Assembly: GCF_006345805.1 (NCBI RefSeq)
Contig: NC_043002.1
Span: 105,028,001-105,092,000, forward strand
DNA length: 64,000 nt
Source of the DNA: Octopus sinensis
Lineage: Eukaryota
Direction: 5' to 3'
The notes beneath the pieces were generated by a model that did no database searches, was not told the origin of the DNA, and saw only the letters and a list, made by a program, of their open reading frames with translations. Positions 27,074 through 38,635 of the stretch are shown here, in pieces (the stretch's first letter is position 1; every line of letters begins with the position of its first letter). The translations under genes and the position numbers were made by a program.

Positions 27074-27631
27074 GAGTGAGAGAGCAGTGCATGCCATCAA
27101 AGTGACACTGGGGTAAAATATACGAAGCCCAATATACCCATCATGACTACCCGTCTGATAAGGGTACACCAGGCACATGCAGCACAACCATATGTGCGCG
27201 ACATGGTGATTTCATATCAAAATAAACAGCACATGACCTTGCAGGTGGGGCCCAGTTAGAATTTTCTTCTGGTCGAGTAACCCATCCAACTCGAAAGGTC
27301 CCTGAATAAGGGTTGTTTAAGGATGTTGAAAGAACCACCCATGTTTCCAGAGGTGAATTATTCAAACCCCAATGAATCCCTCTCAACACATGGCTATGAT
27401 GCTCCCCCACTACTTCTGCTCGTGTTCAGAGATGCACATATCGTCAGCCACTAAGGGACATGCTCAACTGGTTAAAGTCAAACAACTGACAAGCAAATCT
27501 GTGGTATTGAGCAGAATATTTGCTGTAGCCCATCTTTTATACCAAGACAAAACAATGTACATGATACCACTTCCAATCAGTTAAGATCAGAAGCCATGAG
27601 AGCCACTGCCTGGTACTGCATCAGGGCATTT
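27074..27631 (-). mobile_element. Non-coding retroposon copy 2, flanked on both sides by (TAA)n arrays
   Basis: On the minus strand starts aataaatgccctgatgcagtaccaggc and ends ctctctcactc(aat)n; no A/B boxes or ORF recognised. Confidence 0.85.
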
Positions 27632-27829
27632 ATTATTATTATTATATTATTATATTATTATTATATTATTATATTTTATTATTATTATTAATAATATTAT
27701 TATTATTATATATTATTATTATTATCATCATCATCATCATCATCATCATCATCGTTATCATCATCATTGTCATCATCATTATTATCATTATTATCATCAT
27801 CATCATCATCATTATCATTATTATTACTA

Positions 27830-27902
<73 letters not shown>

Positions 27903-27983
27903 CATTATTATTATTATTATTATCATTGTTGTTATTATTATTATTATTACTGCTATTATTATTACTATTATTATTATTATTAC

Positions 27984-28014
<31 letters not shown>

Positions 28015-28110
28015 GTTATTGTTATTATTATTGTTATTATTATTATTATTGCTGTTGTTGTTATTATTGTTGTCGTTGTTGTATTCTTTTGCTGTTGCTG
28101 TGATTATCAT
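27632..28110. repeat. Compound (TTA)n/(TCA)n microsatellite
   Basis: Direct reading. Confidence 0.95.
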
Positions 28111-28139
28111 CCAGCGTAAGTGACGTCGTTGCGCTTCTA

Positions 28140-28900
28140 AAGACAGCGCAGTGCGCGTTGGATATTTGCACGGTGTACGAGTCGTGTATTATGCACAGCT
28201 CTAAGCTGTCAAGATTGTAACTTATTTATGTTCCGCATCATTTTTTAATTATTTTAAGATTAATTCAGTTTTCAGGACCTTCGTCTGGGTTGACTTTTTT
28301 TCTAGACCAGCATATGTTAATTTTTCCATTATTTTGACAGATATATTATCGCATGTTTTCAAGAGGTACTTTTCATCCAGGGAGCATTTGGGAACGATAA
28401 CTTTGATCATTTCTGTCTCTGCGAAGTAATGTTACCTAGAGCTTGTTCATTTTGTCATTCTATAAAATATTTTCTAATGCATCATTATAGAACATCTAAC
28501 GAGGCGGCATTTCTTATTTCTGGCATAATTGCCATTGTATGAAAGCCTGAACAACTCTGTAATGTCTGCAGAGGCATTCTTTCTTGGCTAAAACTGGGCA
28601 GAGACAATACATCTAATGCTTTCTTCTTTCTTTCTCGCTCGCTCTTTCATCATAAATTTTGAAATTGCATAATCCGTACGGCTTCATTCCATGCTATTCA
28701 TCTGCTTGTTTCTGATGCGTAGGAGTTGATTTTCAGCCAAATTATAACTCATTCAGTCGCAACTTTGAATCTTACGTGTTTCAACCAGTATCTGCATTGT
28801 CTTTGTTTAGTTTCACCTTGCTTAATATATTTTTGTTATTTTCACTTTTCACCAATCTTCCAAGTAGGAAATTTCCTTTGCTACTACTTTACCAAGGATT
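28140..28900 (-). mobile_element. Highly decayed 3' fragment of an R4/Dong-like LINE
   Basis: YWLKHVRFKVATE*VI.LAENQLLRIRN and CPVLAKKECLCRHYRVVQAFIQWQLCQK*...NDK match the WLK..LK.ETE..I.AAQ.Q / C..LA..EY..RHD..HW.LC pattern. Confidence 0.75.
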
Positions 28901-29475
28901 CTGTAATATTTTGACCTTAGCTTTCGGCTATTAACACTCTCACTCGACTGTGACTTCAGACGCTGTTTTTATATTCGTTTTGCTATTTTCTTCGTATCTT
29001 CTTCTACTATTCGATGTTCAGTATCGTAAAATGTAAAAAATATAATTATTTTCTGATTCCGTAAGATACCCAATTACCTAAAACCAAGGTGAATATATAA
29101 TTTCTCTATCACATTTTCTTTCGTATATCATAAATACAGTTATAACATTCCTTCTTTTTCTGCCTGTCGACCCACTTAGTACGCAGCTAAGAAAAATATG
29201 GCTACAGTGTACTTATAAAGTAATTTTATAACATTCTACAAACACTGCATGGGAGAAATTGATTACTTTTAAGCAAATGCGCTGAGAGGTCGTAAACGAT
29301 CGAGTATACATACATTCAAACATATGGAAACGAAACGAGGGACCAAGGAGGAAGATTGTCGTTTTTATTGAAAATTCCTCAGCAACAAGTTGCCATTCTT
29401 CAAATCTTTCTATACAGCTACAGTTGCTGAGATTTTTTTTTAAATTGGTAGATACAAATTTTCCAAAATTTCACT

Positions 29476-29749
29476 GGCATATGGCGTAGTGGTTAACAGC
29501 GCGGGTTACTAGCCCCAAGATTCCGAGTTCGATTCCAGGCAGTGACCTGAATAATAATAATAGTAATAATAATAGTAATAATAATAATAATAATAACATA
29601 GAAAAATACCTTAGGAATGAGAACCCAGGTTCGAAATTTCCCCAAGATACCTGATGAAGGCTGGACGATATAGCAGCCGGAACGTTGTGTTAACAACAAA
29701 TAAGATGAAGATAAATATTCGTCAAATATAAATAATGTAAATAATGTAA
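29476..29749 (+). mobile_element. tRNA-headed SINE-like element with (AAT)n spacer and hammerhead-containing tail
   Basis: A box TGGCGTAGTGG 29482-92, B box AGTTCGATTCC 29526-36, (AAT)n about 29550-95, HHR 29646-91, tail (aatgtaaat) repeats. Confidence 0.75.
29646..29691 (+). ncRNA. Minimal type I hammerhead motif (Penelope-type), one core substitution
   Basis: Stem I GATAC/GTGTT; CTGATGA 29651-57; extra A; stem II GGCTG/CAGCC; GGAAC instead of GAAAC; palindromic stem III ACGT; N17=T. Confidence 0.6.
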
Positions 29750-30353
29750 TATCTTGTATATTCCTAAGGTGTTAGGAAGATCAATTATTTATGATATTGA
29801 AGTACTATAGAACAAAGCTAGAGATTTCAACACATCCTACATGAAGTTATTTTCTTCACTCTTCGAACGGATTCTATAAAATGACGGATGTTTAAAAATG
29901 TTGATTATACTTAATTACGATTAAGTAATTTATACGTGTAATGTTGTGTCATATCCAGTTCTATCACAGTTTTAAACAAAATATAGCAAACGCGTCAGGA
30001 ATGGCCAATAGTCGCTGCGAATTGTGGTTTGGATAGCGAAAGGCTTAAAACCTATAACTATAGTCCCCATATGGATATGGGTTTGAAATATTAATCTGCT
30101 ATATCCAAGTTATTCCTTGATAAACTTATCCTCTTTCTGTGATTGAGCTGACTACTTTTCTGATCTTAGATATATATGGTTGCGTTTGTTCTCTTGCTCT
30201 TATTTCTCTAGTTCTCTCTGTTTTCCACCGTTACTATCATGGCCTCTGCTCTGCGGATGGAGCTGGGCAGTTCTTACCACTAATCAAGCATCCTCAGCGC
30301 ATTCGATACAACATATTTAATCTGTTTCGAAGCATCAAACGACGCCGATATTG

Positions 30354-30441
<88 letters not shown>

Positions 30442-30444
<3 letters not shown>

Positions 30445-30572
30445 TATTTTATACAAGGAGCTTCTACAGGACTAGAACTGTTTCATTCAAAAGAAATCAT
30501 CAGGAAGCTTTCTGATGATTTCTTTGAATGAAACAGTTCTAGTCCTGTAGAAGCTCCTTCTATAAAATAAAT
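30442..30572. repeat. Spacer-less palindrome of about 131 bp centred on AAG|CTT, encoding a hammerhead on each strand
   Basis: Arms differ by 2 substitutions and 1 indel. Plus-strand HHR 30506-55, minus-strand HHR 30459-509. Confidence 0.85.
30506..30555 (+). ncRNA. Candidate type I hammerhead ribozyme (mirror copy at 30459-30509 on the minus strand)
   Basis: Stem I AGCTTT/GAAGCT; CTGATGA 30512-18; stem II TTC/GAA with a T.T at 10.1/11.1; GAAAC 30530-34; stem III ACAG/CTGT with 8-nt loop; GTA cleavage triplet 30547-49. Confidence 0.6.
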
Positions 30573-30651
30573 TAATTTACTCTGCTATTGAGTACCTTAT
30601 TTACTGTGGTTAACCCCGACTCAACCCGGGACCTACATATATATATATATA

Positions 30652-31048
30652 TTACTCTTTACTTGTTTCAGTCATTTGACTGCGGCCATGCTGGAGCACC
30701 GCCTTTAGTCGAGCAAATCGACCCCAGGACTTATTCTTTGTAAGCCCAGTACTTATTCTATCGGTCTCTTTTGCCGAACCGCTACGTGACGGGGACGTAA
30801 ACACACCAGCATTGGTTGTCAAGCAATGCTAGGGGGACAAACACAGATACACAAACACACACACACATATATATATACATATATACGACAGGCTTCTTTC
30901 AGTTTCCGTCTACCAAATCCACTCACAAGGCATTGGTCGGCCCGGGGCTATAGTAGAAAACACTTGCCCAAGATGCCACGCAGTGGGACTGAACCCGGAA
31001 CCATGTGGTTAATTAGCAAGCTACTTACCACACAGCCACTCCTGCGCC
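30652..31048 (-). mobile_element. tRNA-derived SINE (same family as 6939-7450)
   Basis: Reverse complement matches 6939-7450 and 36301-36720 end to end. Confidence 0.9.
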
Positions 31049-31072
31049 TATATATATATATATATATATATA

Positions 31073-31396
31073 TGGAAGCACTCCGTCGGTTACGACGACG
31101 AGGGTTCCGGTTGATCCGAATCAACGGAACAGCCTGCTCGTGAAATTAACGTGTAAGTGGCTGAGCACTCCACAGACACGTGTTCCCTTAACGTAGTTCT
31201 CGGGGATATTCAGCGTGACACAGAGATTGACAAGGCCGGCCCTTTGAAATACAGGTACAACAGAAACAGGAAGTAAGAGTGAGAGAAAGTTGTGGTGAAA
31301 GAGTACAGCAGGGATCACCACCATCCCCTGCCGGAGCCTCGTCGAACTTTTAGGGGTTTTCGCTCAATAAACACTCACAACGCCCGGTCTGGGAAT
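31073..31396 (-). mobile_element. tRNA-derived SINE, 5'-truncated (shares central domain with 52592-52890)
   Basis: Shared gagcgaaaac...ctctttcaccacaactttctctcactct block; begins at a B-box remnant cgattccc. Confidence 0.75.
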
Positions 31397-31788
31397 CGGG
31401 CGTTGTGAGTGTTTATTGAGCGAAAACCCCTATATATATATATATATATATATATGATAGCTAATTCGGCGTTATACACCTGTCTTGTCGCCCATTAGGT
31501 GGTGCTTAACCTCCCATATTGCACCAATCACTTTGGAAAACCCAAATCTAGCTTCTTGTCACTTTTCTGTTATTTTGCAATAATCTCTATCTGTTATTTG
31601 AGATCACCTCCTAACCTGCGTATACAACGTTTTACAATATACGCAGAGCAGAGCATTTTTCTAGTTATCTTAATGAACTTACCGTCGCAGGATTAAAGTA
31701 GTTTTCTAGTCTTACTCTCGTTATTTTGTAACAGTTTTCTATTACTAAAACTTTCTCTCTTCCCTTCTTTTCTCTCTCTCCCTCTCTT

Positions 31789-31796
<8 letters not shown>

Positions 31797-31883
<87 letters not shown>

Positions 31884-31940
31884 ATCTATCCATCTATCTA
31901 TCTATCTATCTATCTACCTATCTATATACCTATCTATCTA
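31797..31940 (+). repeat. (TATC)n microsatellite
   Basis: Direct reading; similar arrays at 52436-52565 and 63610-63957. Confidence 0.95.
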
Positions 31941-32056
31941 TCTACCTATCCATCTATATATTCAGAGTTACTATATCTTATATTAACCCTTATATGTTGG
32001 CTTCGGCACGTTGCTAGCTAGCTTGTTGGTTTGTTTGTTTGTTTTTTTGTTCTAAG

Positions 32057-32270
32057 TTATTTAATTTCCTCACTTTCAAGCTTACTATGTATAATATTGG
32101 AGCTGTAAATTAATATAGGATTGGTTAGCGTATTTCCATCTATAATTTTATTTCTGTCATTGAATTCAGATAATAATATTAGTCTAACATTTCTGTAACG
32201 TTCTTTTCCATCCATCTGTTTCGTTTTTGAGTATTTTAATATGTTTGCGAGTCGTCGTTGCAAACAAAAA
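32057..32270 (-). mobile_element. R4/Dong-like LINE fragment (post-RT thumb region)
   Basis: KERYRNVRLILLSEFNDRNKIIDGNTLTNPILIYSSNII matches the EY.RR.R.IL.S.LN..NKI.AINT.A.PVL.YSF pattern. Confidence 0.75.
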
Positions 32271-32271
32271 A

Positions 32272-32272
32272 T

Positions 32273-32315
<43 letters not shown>

Positions 32316-32415
32316 CAGCAGCAGCAGTAGCAGCAGAAACAGCAGCAGCAGTAGTAGTAGTAGTAGTAGTGGTAGTAGTAGTAGTAGTAGTAGTAGCAGC
32401 AGCAGCAGCAATAGC

Positions 32416-32474
<59 letters not shown>
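32272..32474 (+). repeat. (GTA)n/(GCA)n microsatellite
   Basis: Direct reading. Confidence 0.95.
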
Positions 32475-32475
<1 letters not shown>

Positions 32476-33238
32476 TTTACATGTGAGTATTCAAGTGAGG
32501 GAAAGAATAATTTGTAACCTGAAAGAATAATTTGTAACCTGATTTCTTTAGAAATAAAAACAAAATCTCTTTTTTACTCACAAAATGCTACAGAATATCC
32601 AAAGCTCCGTTACATAATGTAACTTTGAGAAAATTGTCTCAAAATTGGTTCCTAACAGCATATGTCTCTGCAATGTTGTAATTAGCACAATATGATGCTC
32701 GCCATTTTGGCGGTAGCTGCAGACCCAACAACATTTACAAAGCTATTTCCATTTATTCCCAAATAAATATGTCTATTTAAAAAAAAAAAACCCGTCTGAG
32801 TGAAGTATACACACAGAACATAACCTATAGTAAAGTAACGGAAACTCAGTGATGGTGGAAACATTAATTCAAAAGATAGGCAAAAAAGCAGACATAGAGT
32901 GAACAGCCTCAGACACACAGTAAAACAACAGATCAAATATTGAAGCTCGTCTGTAGCGTTCAGGAAAAGAAAAAGTAAAGAATCTCTGGATGAAATTTTG
33001 GGAAGGTGTTTTTTGTCGTGTCTGGTGAGATTCATTCTCCTTCAGTGCTTTGTTATTTAACACAGTCACAGGTTCGATTTCCACTCATTTACTTAGTTAT
33101 TTTTCTAAAATTTTCGTTGTCTTGCAACCTTTTCCATAGTCGTTGGCTCTGTCCGTTATCAGAACTGCGTTCTTTTTGTTTGTTTGATTGCTTGTTTGGG
33201 CGTATGTACGTGTGTCTGTGTATATGTGCATACACATA

Positions 33239-33284
<46 letters not shown>

Positions 33285-34172
33285 ATATATTATATATATA
33301 TATATATATGAATGCACTGTATGTAAGTGTGTGTAAAGCACTAAAAGATAATGAGTCTCCCTAGACAATATAATATGCTTCAACACACGAATTCATATAA
33401 AGAATCTTGCAAATATAATAAAAATCAAAATATATATATGTATGTATCTATATGCATGCATATATGGACACATGTATTATAATCTTTTTGTTGTATTTAT
33501 GACTTCTCTGCCTGATAAACAGTAGAGTATTACTATACAAAAGCTATTTACATGCTCTTATAATTAGCAGAGATGGATCAACATCTGGTCAAATCTCGTA
33601 TGTTCATAGGCTTCATGTACAACACATGATGCCACCTCAATTCCATTTGGCGTTTGTCTGTAGCTATTAGTTTCAGTATTGTGTCGATTTCCTCAGTTGC
33701 TGTAGAGACAATGTTCTCTATCGTTTTCCACAATATCTCTGGCTCTCGGCTACATCCTGTTATTTCTCGACTTCCTCAGTTGTCTTGATATACTCTCTAA
33801 TATAGTATGGGATTGTAAAATCAATATCTCAGACAAAGTGTATCTACTTTCTTTCATAATTAAGATTAGTACCAAACAAAAAATCCCATAAAATCTTGTA
33901 ATTATCATCAAATGTGGCAGCACCGGATTAGTGACCCTCCCAATCTGCTATCAACGTTAATTTACGGATTTTACTAACGTCTGAACATACAAATTTACCA
34001 GCATATTCATGCTTGCATTTATACTCTTTTCGCTCTAGCTTACAACTCTCGCGTATAAATGCTTAATAATTTTGTCCCTTCTCCCACTGTCTGCCACAAC
34101 TAAAGCGTTGCTTTTCCAACATGCTCGGTTGTTGCACGAAGTGTATAAAGATATATACATATATGCATGCAT

Positions 34173-34213
<41 letters not shown>

Positions 34214-34231
34214 ACACACACACACACACAC

Positions 34232-34270
<39 letters not shown>

Positions 34271-34299
34271 CGTACACACAAATGTGTGTGTGATGGATT

Positions 34300-34580
34300 C
34301 TCCCACCGAAGGCGATGGACGTTTGAGTGTTCAGCTGTTTGCAGAACGACCGGCACAAATAATTTAGTTTCAGTGATCAAATGTTCTTGCCACACATTAG
34401 CTCACTCTCTACATCAAATCGATGTTGCCGGAAAAGATTCACGGTGTAGGACGCGTCAGGTGTGGAAGCGATCGTACAAAATCATGAAATGAAATGTTTT
34501 GCTCAAGAACACAATACACAGACCCGGTCTAGGAATTGAAACAAACAGCTTAGCATGATCTCACGAACAGCCTAACCCCT
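34300..34580 (-). mobile_element. Decayed CORE-type tRNA SINE
   Basis: Minus strand tttcaattcctagaccgggtctgtgtattgtgttcttgagcaaaacatttcatttca parallels 13375-13701. Confidence 0.6.
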
Positions 34581-34704
34581 AATCATAACAGAATATCTAA
34601 ACTCTCTTCCTCCAAAGAAATTTTCGAGAAGGGATCCCCCTACTACCTACAAAAAAGGCTCTAGCCAATAGTGGCTTTAAGCATGAATTAATACATAACC
34701 ACTC

Positions 34705-34862
34705 GAAGAAGAAGAAGAAGAAGAAGAAGAAGAAGAAGAAGAAGAAGAAGAAGAAGAAGAAGAAGAAGAAGAAGAAGAAAAGAAGAAGAAGAAGAAGAAG
34801 AAGAAGAAGAAGAAGAAGAAGAAGAAGAAGAAGAAGAAGAAGAAGAAGAAGAAGAAGAAGAA
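34705..34862 (+). repeat. (GAA)n microsatellite
   Basis: Direct reading. Confidence 0.97.
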
Positions 34863-36210
34863 TTCGGAAAATAACTTGGTTCGCCCCAACTTTTGCTTAT
34901 TGTATAGTCTGACAGGTAACAGATTCCTTTCTCTACTCCACAAACATTTTCCAGTAAATCACAGGTACAGGAACATATTTAAGAGGCGCGCAATGGGATT
35001 ATCATGTAACTAGTGCCCCTGTATGAAAGGCATCATTACTCGAGAACAGATATGAGGTTTTTAATGCATTAGGTGAAAATATGATGTCGCGAATCGCAAC
35101 GGCTAAATATATCAATAATAAGACATTTATACTTGTTATTGTGTATATAAATGAACGATCCATAGACTTTTATTTTATTAATATATGTAACTGAAGATGA
35201 AAACACTTATGTTTTATACATCTTTTGAGCACTCTTTTGGTATGTTTCTGTAAATGTTTTTCATCCTAGGAGAGATAAGAAAAAAGTTTAGTTATTTTCA
35301 AATATTTTAAACATTAATTTCGAATGTTTATATTGAAATTAATATGGCGACTAACAAGTAAGGAGACAACGCTTCATGAAACATTCAACTGAATGCAACA
35401 ACACACAAATCAAGCAAATTGAGAAAGACAGCAAATTGAATAATACAGCCAAACGTAAACACTTCATAAGAAGAGAATAATGATTTTCCATTTTTTTCTC
35501 CGCAATACATTAATATCGAAGTACACCTTCAAACGAATTGGCAAAACAGTACATTCACAACTTTCATACATATTTTCACAAAGGGAAATATTGTAAACGC
35601 TATTAATGATAACAGTAGTACTTGTTCTAACATTATTAGCAAGAAGCCGTTTTCGAATATGAAACAAATCTAGCCAAAGTAGGGTCCATAACAATAAACT
35701 GACACAGAGAATTTATTTTTGTTTCTGATTTTCTTTTCTTTTTCTTTTTTTTACATGAATGAATGAATAAAGTGACAAATGGTATAATTTTGATTTGCAA
35801 AAAGCGGGTAACATTTAGTAGGATCATAGAAATGAAACCGGGCACAATGTCGGCCGATTTGTGTGTAACGGAACTGAACTGAGAGGATTTTAGCCCATAA
35901 GCAAATAAGCGTCCAATACAAACTATTGATGAAGCTAATACACAATACTAATAATCTATTGGCAGATAGCATTTTAGCCAACATAAGGGTCCATTCCTGC
36001 ACTCCTTCAGGCCCTTTCGAAACTAATGATTATGGGTAAAATTCGGTGAGATGTTTGGAGTACTCAGCCAAGTTAAATGCTTTTTTATAAAATTATTTGG
36101 AGTGTATTTAATCATGTCTTTCAGGCAATCACGTGTTTATATAATCAGTTTACGAGATATCAAATTTTGTGTGTATTTAAAAAAATCCTATAGTTGCCTT
36201 CTCATATGTA

Positions 36211-36292
<82 letters not shown>

Positions 36293-36300
36293 TATATATA

Positions 36301-36473
36301 GGCGCAGGAGTGGCTCTGTGGTAAGTAGCTTGTTTACCAACCACATGGTTCCGGGTTCAATCCCACTGCGTGGCACTTTGGGCAAGTTTCTTCTACTATA
36401 GCCTCGGGCCGACCAAAGTCTTGTGAGTGGATTTGGTAGACGGAAACTGAAAGAAGCCCGACGTATATATGTT

Positions 36474-36520
<47 letters not shown>

Positions 36521-36720
36521 TTGTGTGTCTGTGTTTGTCCCCCCAACATCGCTTGACAACCGATGCTGGTGTGTTTACGTCTCCGTAACTTAGCGGTTCG
36601 GCAAAGAGACCGATAGAATAGGCTTACAAAACTAAGTCCTTGGGTCGATTTGCTCGACTAATGGCGGTGCTCCAGCATGGCCACAGTCAAAGGACTGAAA
36701 CAAGTAAATGAGTAAAAGAA
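36301..36720 (+). mobile_element. tRNA-derived SINE (same family as 6939-7450)
   Basis: End-to-end similarity with 6939-7450, including the B-box-like GGTTCAATCCC. Confidence 0.9.
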
Positions 36721-37199
36721 TGTATATATACAACGATGTTTACGTTATTTATGGTAGAGCATTTGTACCTCTAATAAAATATTTGGTCCGTTTTTTTTTC
36801 TATTTCGCTGATTGTGTGGCCATAAATTTAGGTATTTTGCTGTTCTTTCTTTCATGAAATTGTTGAACATTAAAAAATTTTAATCATATCAGTTATCAAC
36901 GGATCATTGGTTTCAATTAAGTATAAAACGCCGCATCACCAGAAACCGTTCGTCATACGCTTGTTCCAAAAATTTGCTCTTTATTGAAATAGCTCATATT
37001 CCCGAAAATTATGAGAATCACCGTAACGGGATCGATAAGGAAAACTGCCAATCAAATACAAAGGTCGATGTCATCGATTGATGTGCGCTTCAGCGCAAAA
37101 TTACTCGGCTTCTACACGTGTACTGGACATTTTCACTGTATATTGAGGTTTGTCTTTTAACGTGAACCAGGAACCTGTATTTTCATCGAAACACATCGT

Positions 37200-37365
37200 G
37201 TAGTCAAGAAAGATTGAAGAATTTTACTACACACAATATAAGTGATATTCGATAGACTATATCAAATGTAACGCAGAATCTGCATTTAGGGTCAGTACCG
37301 TTTGGAAGTATGTTAGCCTGGTCACTCTTTGTGAGCAAGCTTAGGCCTTGTGCTGCCAATATGAA
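37200..37365 (-). mobile_element. R4/Dong-like LINE fragment (zinc-knuckle region)
   Basis: GFILAAQGLSLLTKSDQANILPNGTDPKCRFC, then LHDV; abuts a (GAA)n-(TAA)n array. Confidence 0.8.
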
Positions 37366-37369
37366 ACCT

Positions 37370-37557
37370 TCTTCTTCTTTTTCTTCTTCGTCTTCTTCTT
37401 CTTTTTCTTCTTCTTCTTCTTCTTCTTCTTCTTCTTCTTCTTCTTCTTCTTCTTCTTCTTCTTCTTCTTCTTCTTCTTCTTCTTCTTCTTCTTCTTCTTT
37501 TCTTATTATTATTATTATTATTATTATTATCATTATTATTATTATTATTATTATCAC

Positions 37558-37611
<54 letters not shown>

Positions 37612-37622
37612 CATCATCATCA

Positions 37623-37655
<33 letters not shown>

Positions 37656-37660
37656 TATTA

Positions 37661-37697
<37 letters not shown>

Positions 37698-37730
37698 GTT
37701 GTTGTTATTATTATTACTATTATCATCATC
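37370..37730. repeat. Compound (TTC)n-(ATT)n microsatellite
   Basis: Direct reading. Confidence 0.96.
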
Positions 37731-38487
37731 CTCGTCTTAAAATTGTCAGTGCGTCGGATCAAATGCTTAGCTGGAGTTTTGAAATTCAGCTTTCGATTTT
37801 CCCAGAGCCTAACTTTGTAATCTCTCGGTGGTCGACAAAATATATTTTCAGACAAGTAGTTGGGTCATTGGTATTTACTAACGCCGCCTCTCAAAACTGC
37901 TTACATTCTACCAAACTTTGAAAATATTATTATTGTTGTTGTTGTTATTGTTGTTTTGCTGCCAACATTTCAAAGTATTTCATGTGATTGCATAATCTTC
38001 ACATTTACTTTTGTACAGTTTTGAACATTATCTATTTCAAAGATTCAGCAAGAAACACCGCCTCCACGAAGTAGTTTTTACCCATCTTTGAATAGCATCC
38101 TTAGTTTCCCTTGGTTTTAAACGCAGCAGCATATTCTGCGTTGAAATGTATTCAAGGAAACTTTATTTCTCTTCCGCAGAAATAAAAAAGCAATAAAAGC
38201 TACGAATTCTTCATAAAATGCCTTTCAATCCGTCTTGAAAAATGACGCAAAAAAACTACTTTGAAACTTAAAAATACAAACAATTCACCAGTTAAATGAC
38301 ACCATTTATCGTGTTAAATGTATCTCTAATGTATTTATAATCGACATATCAACATCACAGTTTTTTTCTTATATCGTGTAGAAGCCTACTGGAAAGTAAG
38401 AAATTACAGCAATGGAGCTTTTGAATCAAAATGATCATAGCGTTTAATAATTGCGCGTCTCACCATATCTTTTATATTTTACATTTA

Positions 38488-38635
38488 TTTTGTTTCAGTC
38501 ATTGGTCTAAGACCACGCTGGGGCACTGCGTTGAAGAATTTAGTCAAAGTGAATGAAGTACATATTTGTAAATATGATATTTATGTTAACGCCATTTTAT
38601 CCGAACCATTAGGTCAAGGGGACGCAAACAAAAGA
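38488..38635 (-). mobile_element. Decayed 3' half of the 6939-type SINE
   Basis: ttgtttcagtcatt...accacgctggggcactgc...ccgaacc...ggggacgcaaaca; a smaller fragment lies at 53727-53778. Confidence 0.6.

Noticed and set aside
35636-36002. Protein-looking ORFs on the minus strand (e.g. 35751-36002)
   Set aside because: No recognisable motif, overlapping frames are equally open, and no convincing splice sites.
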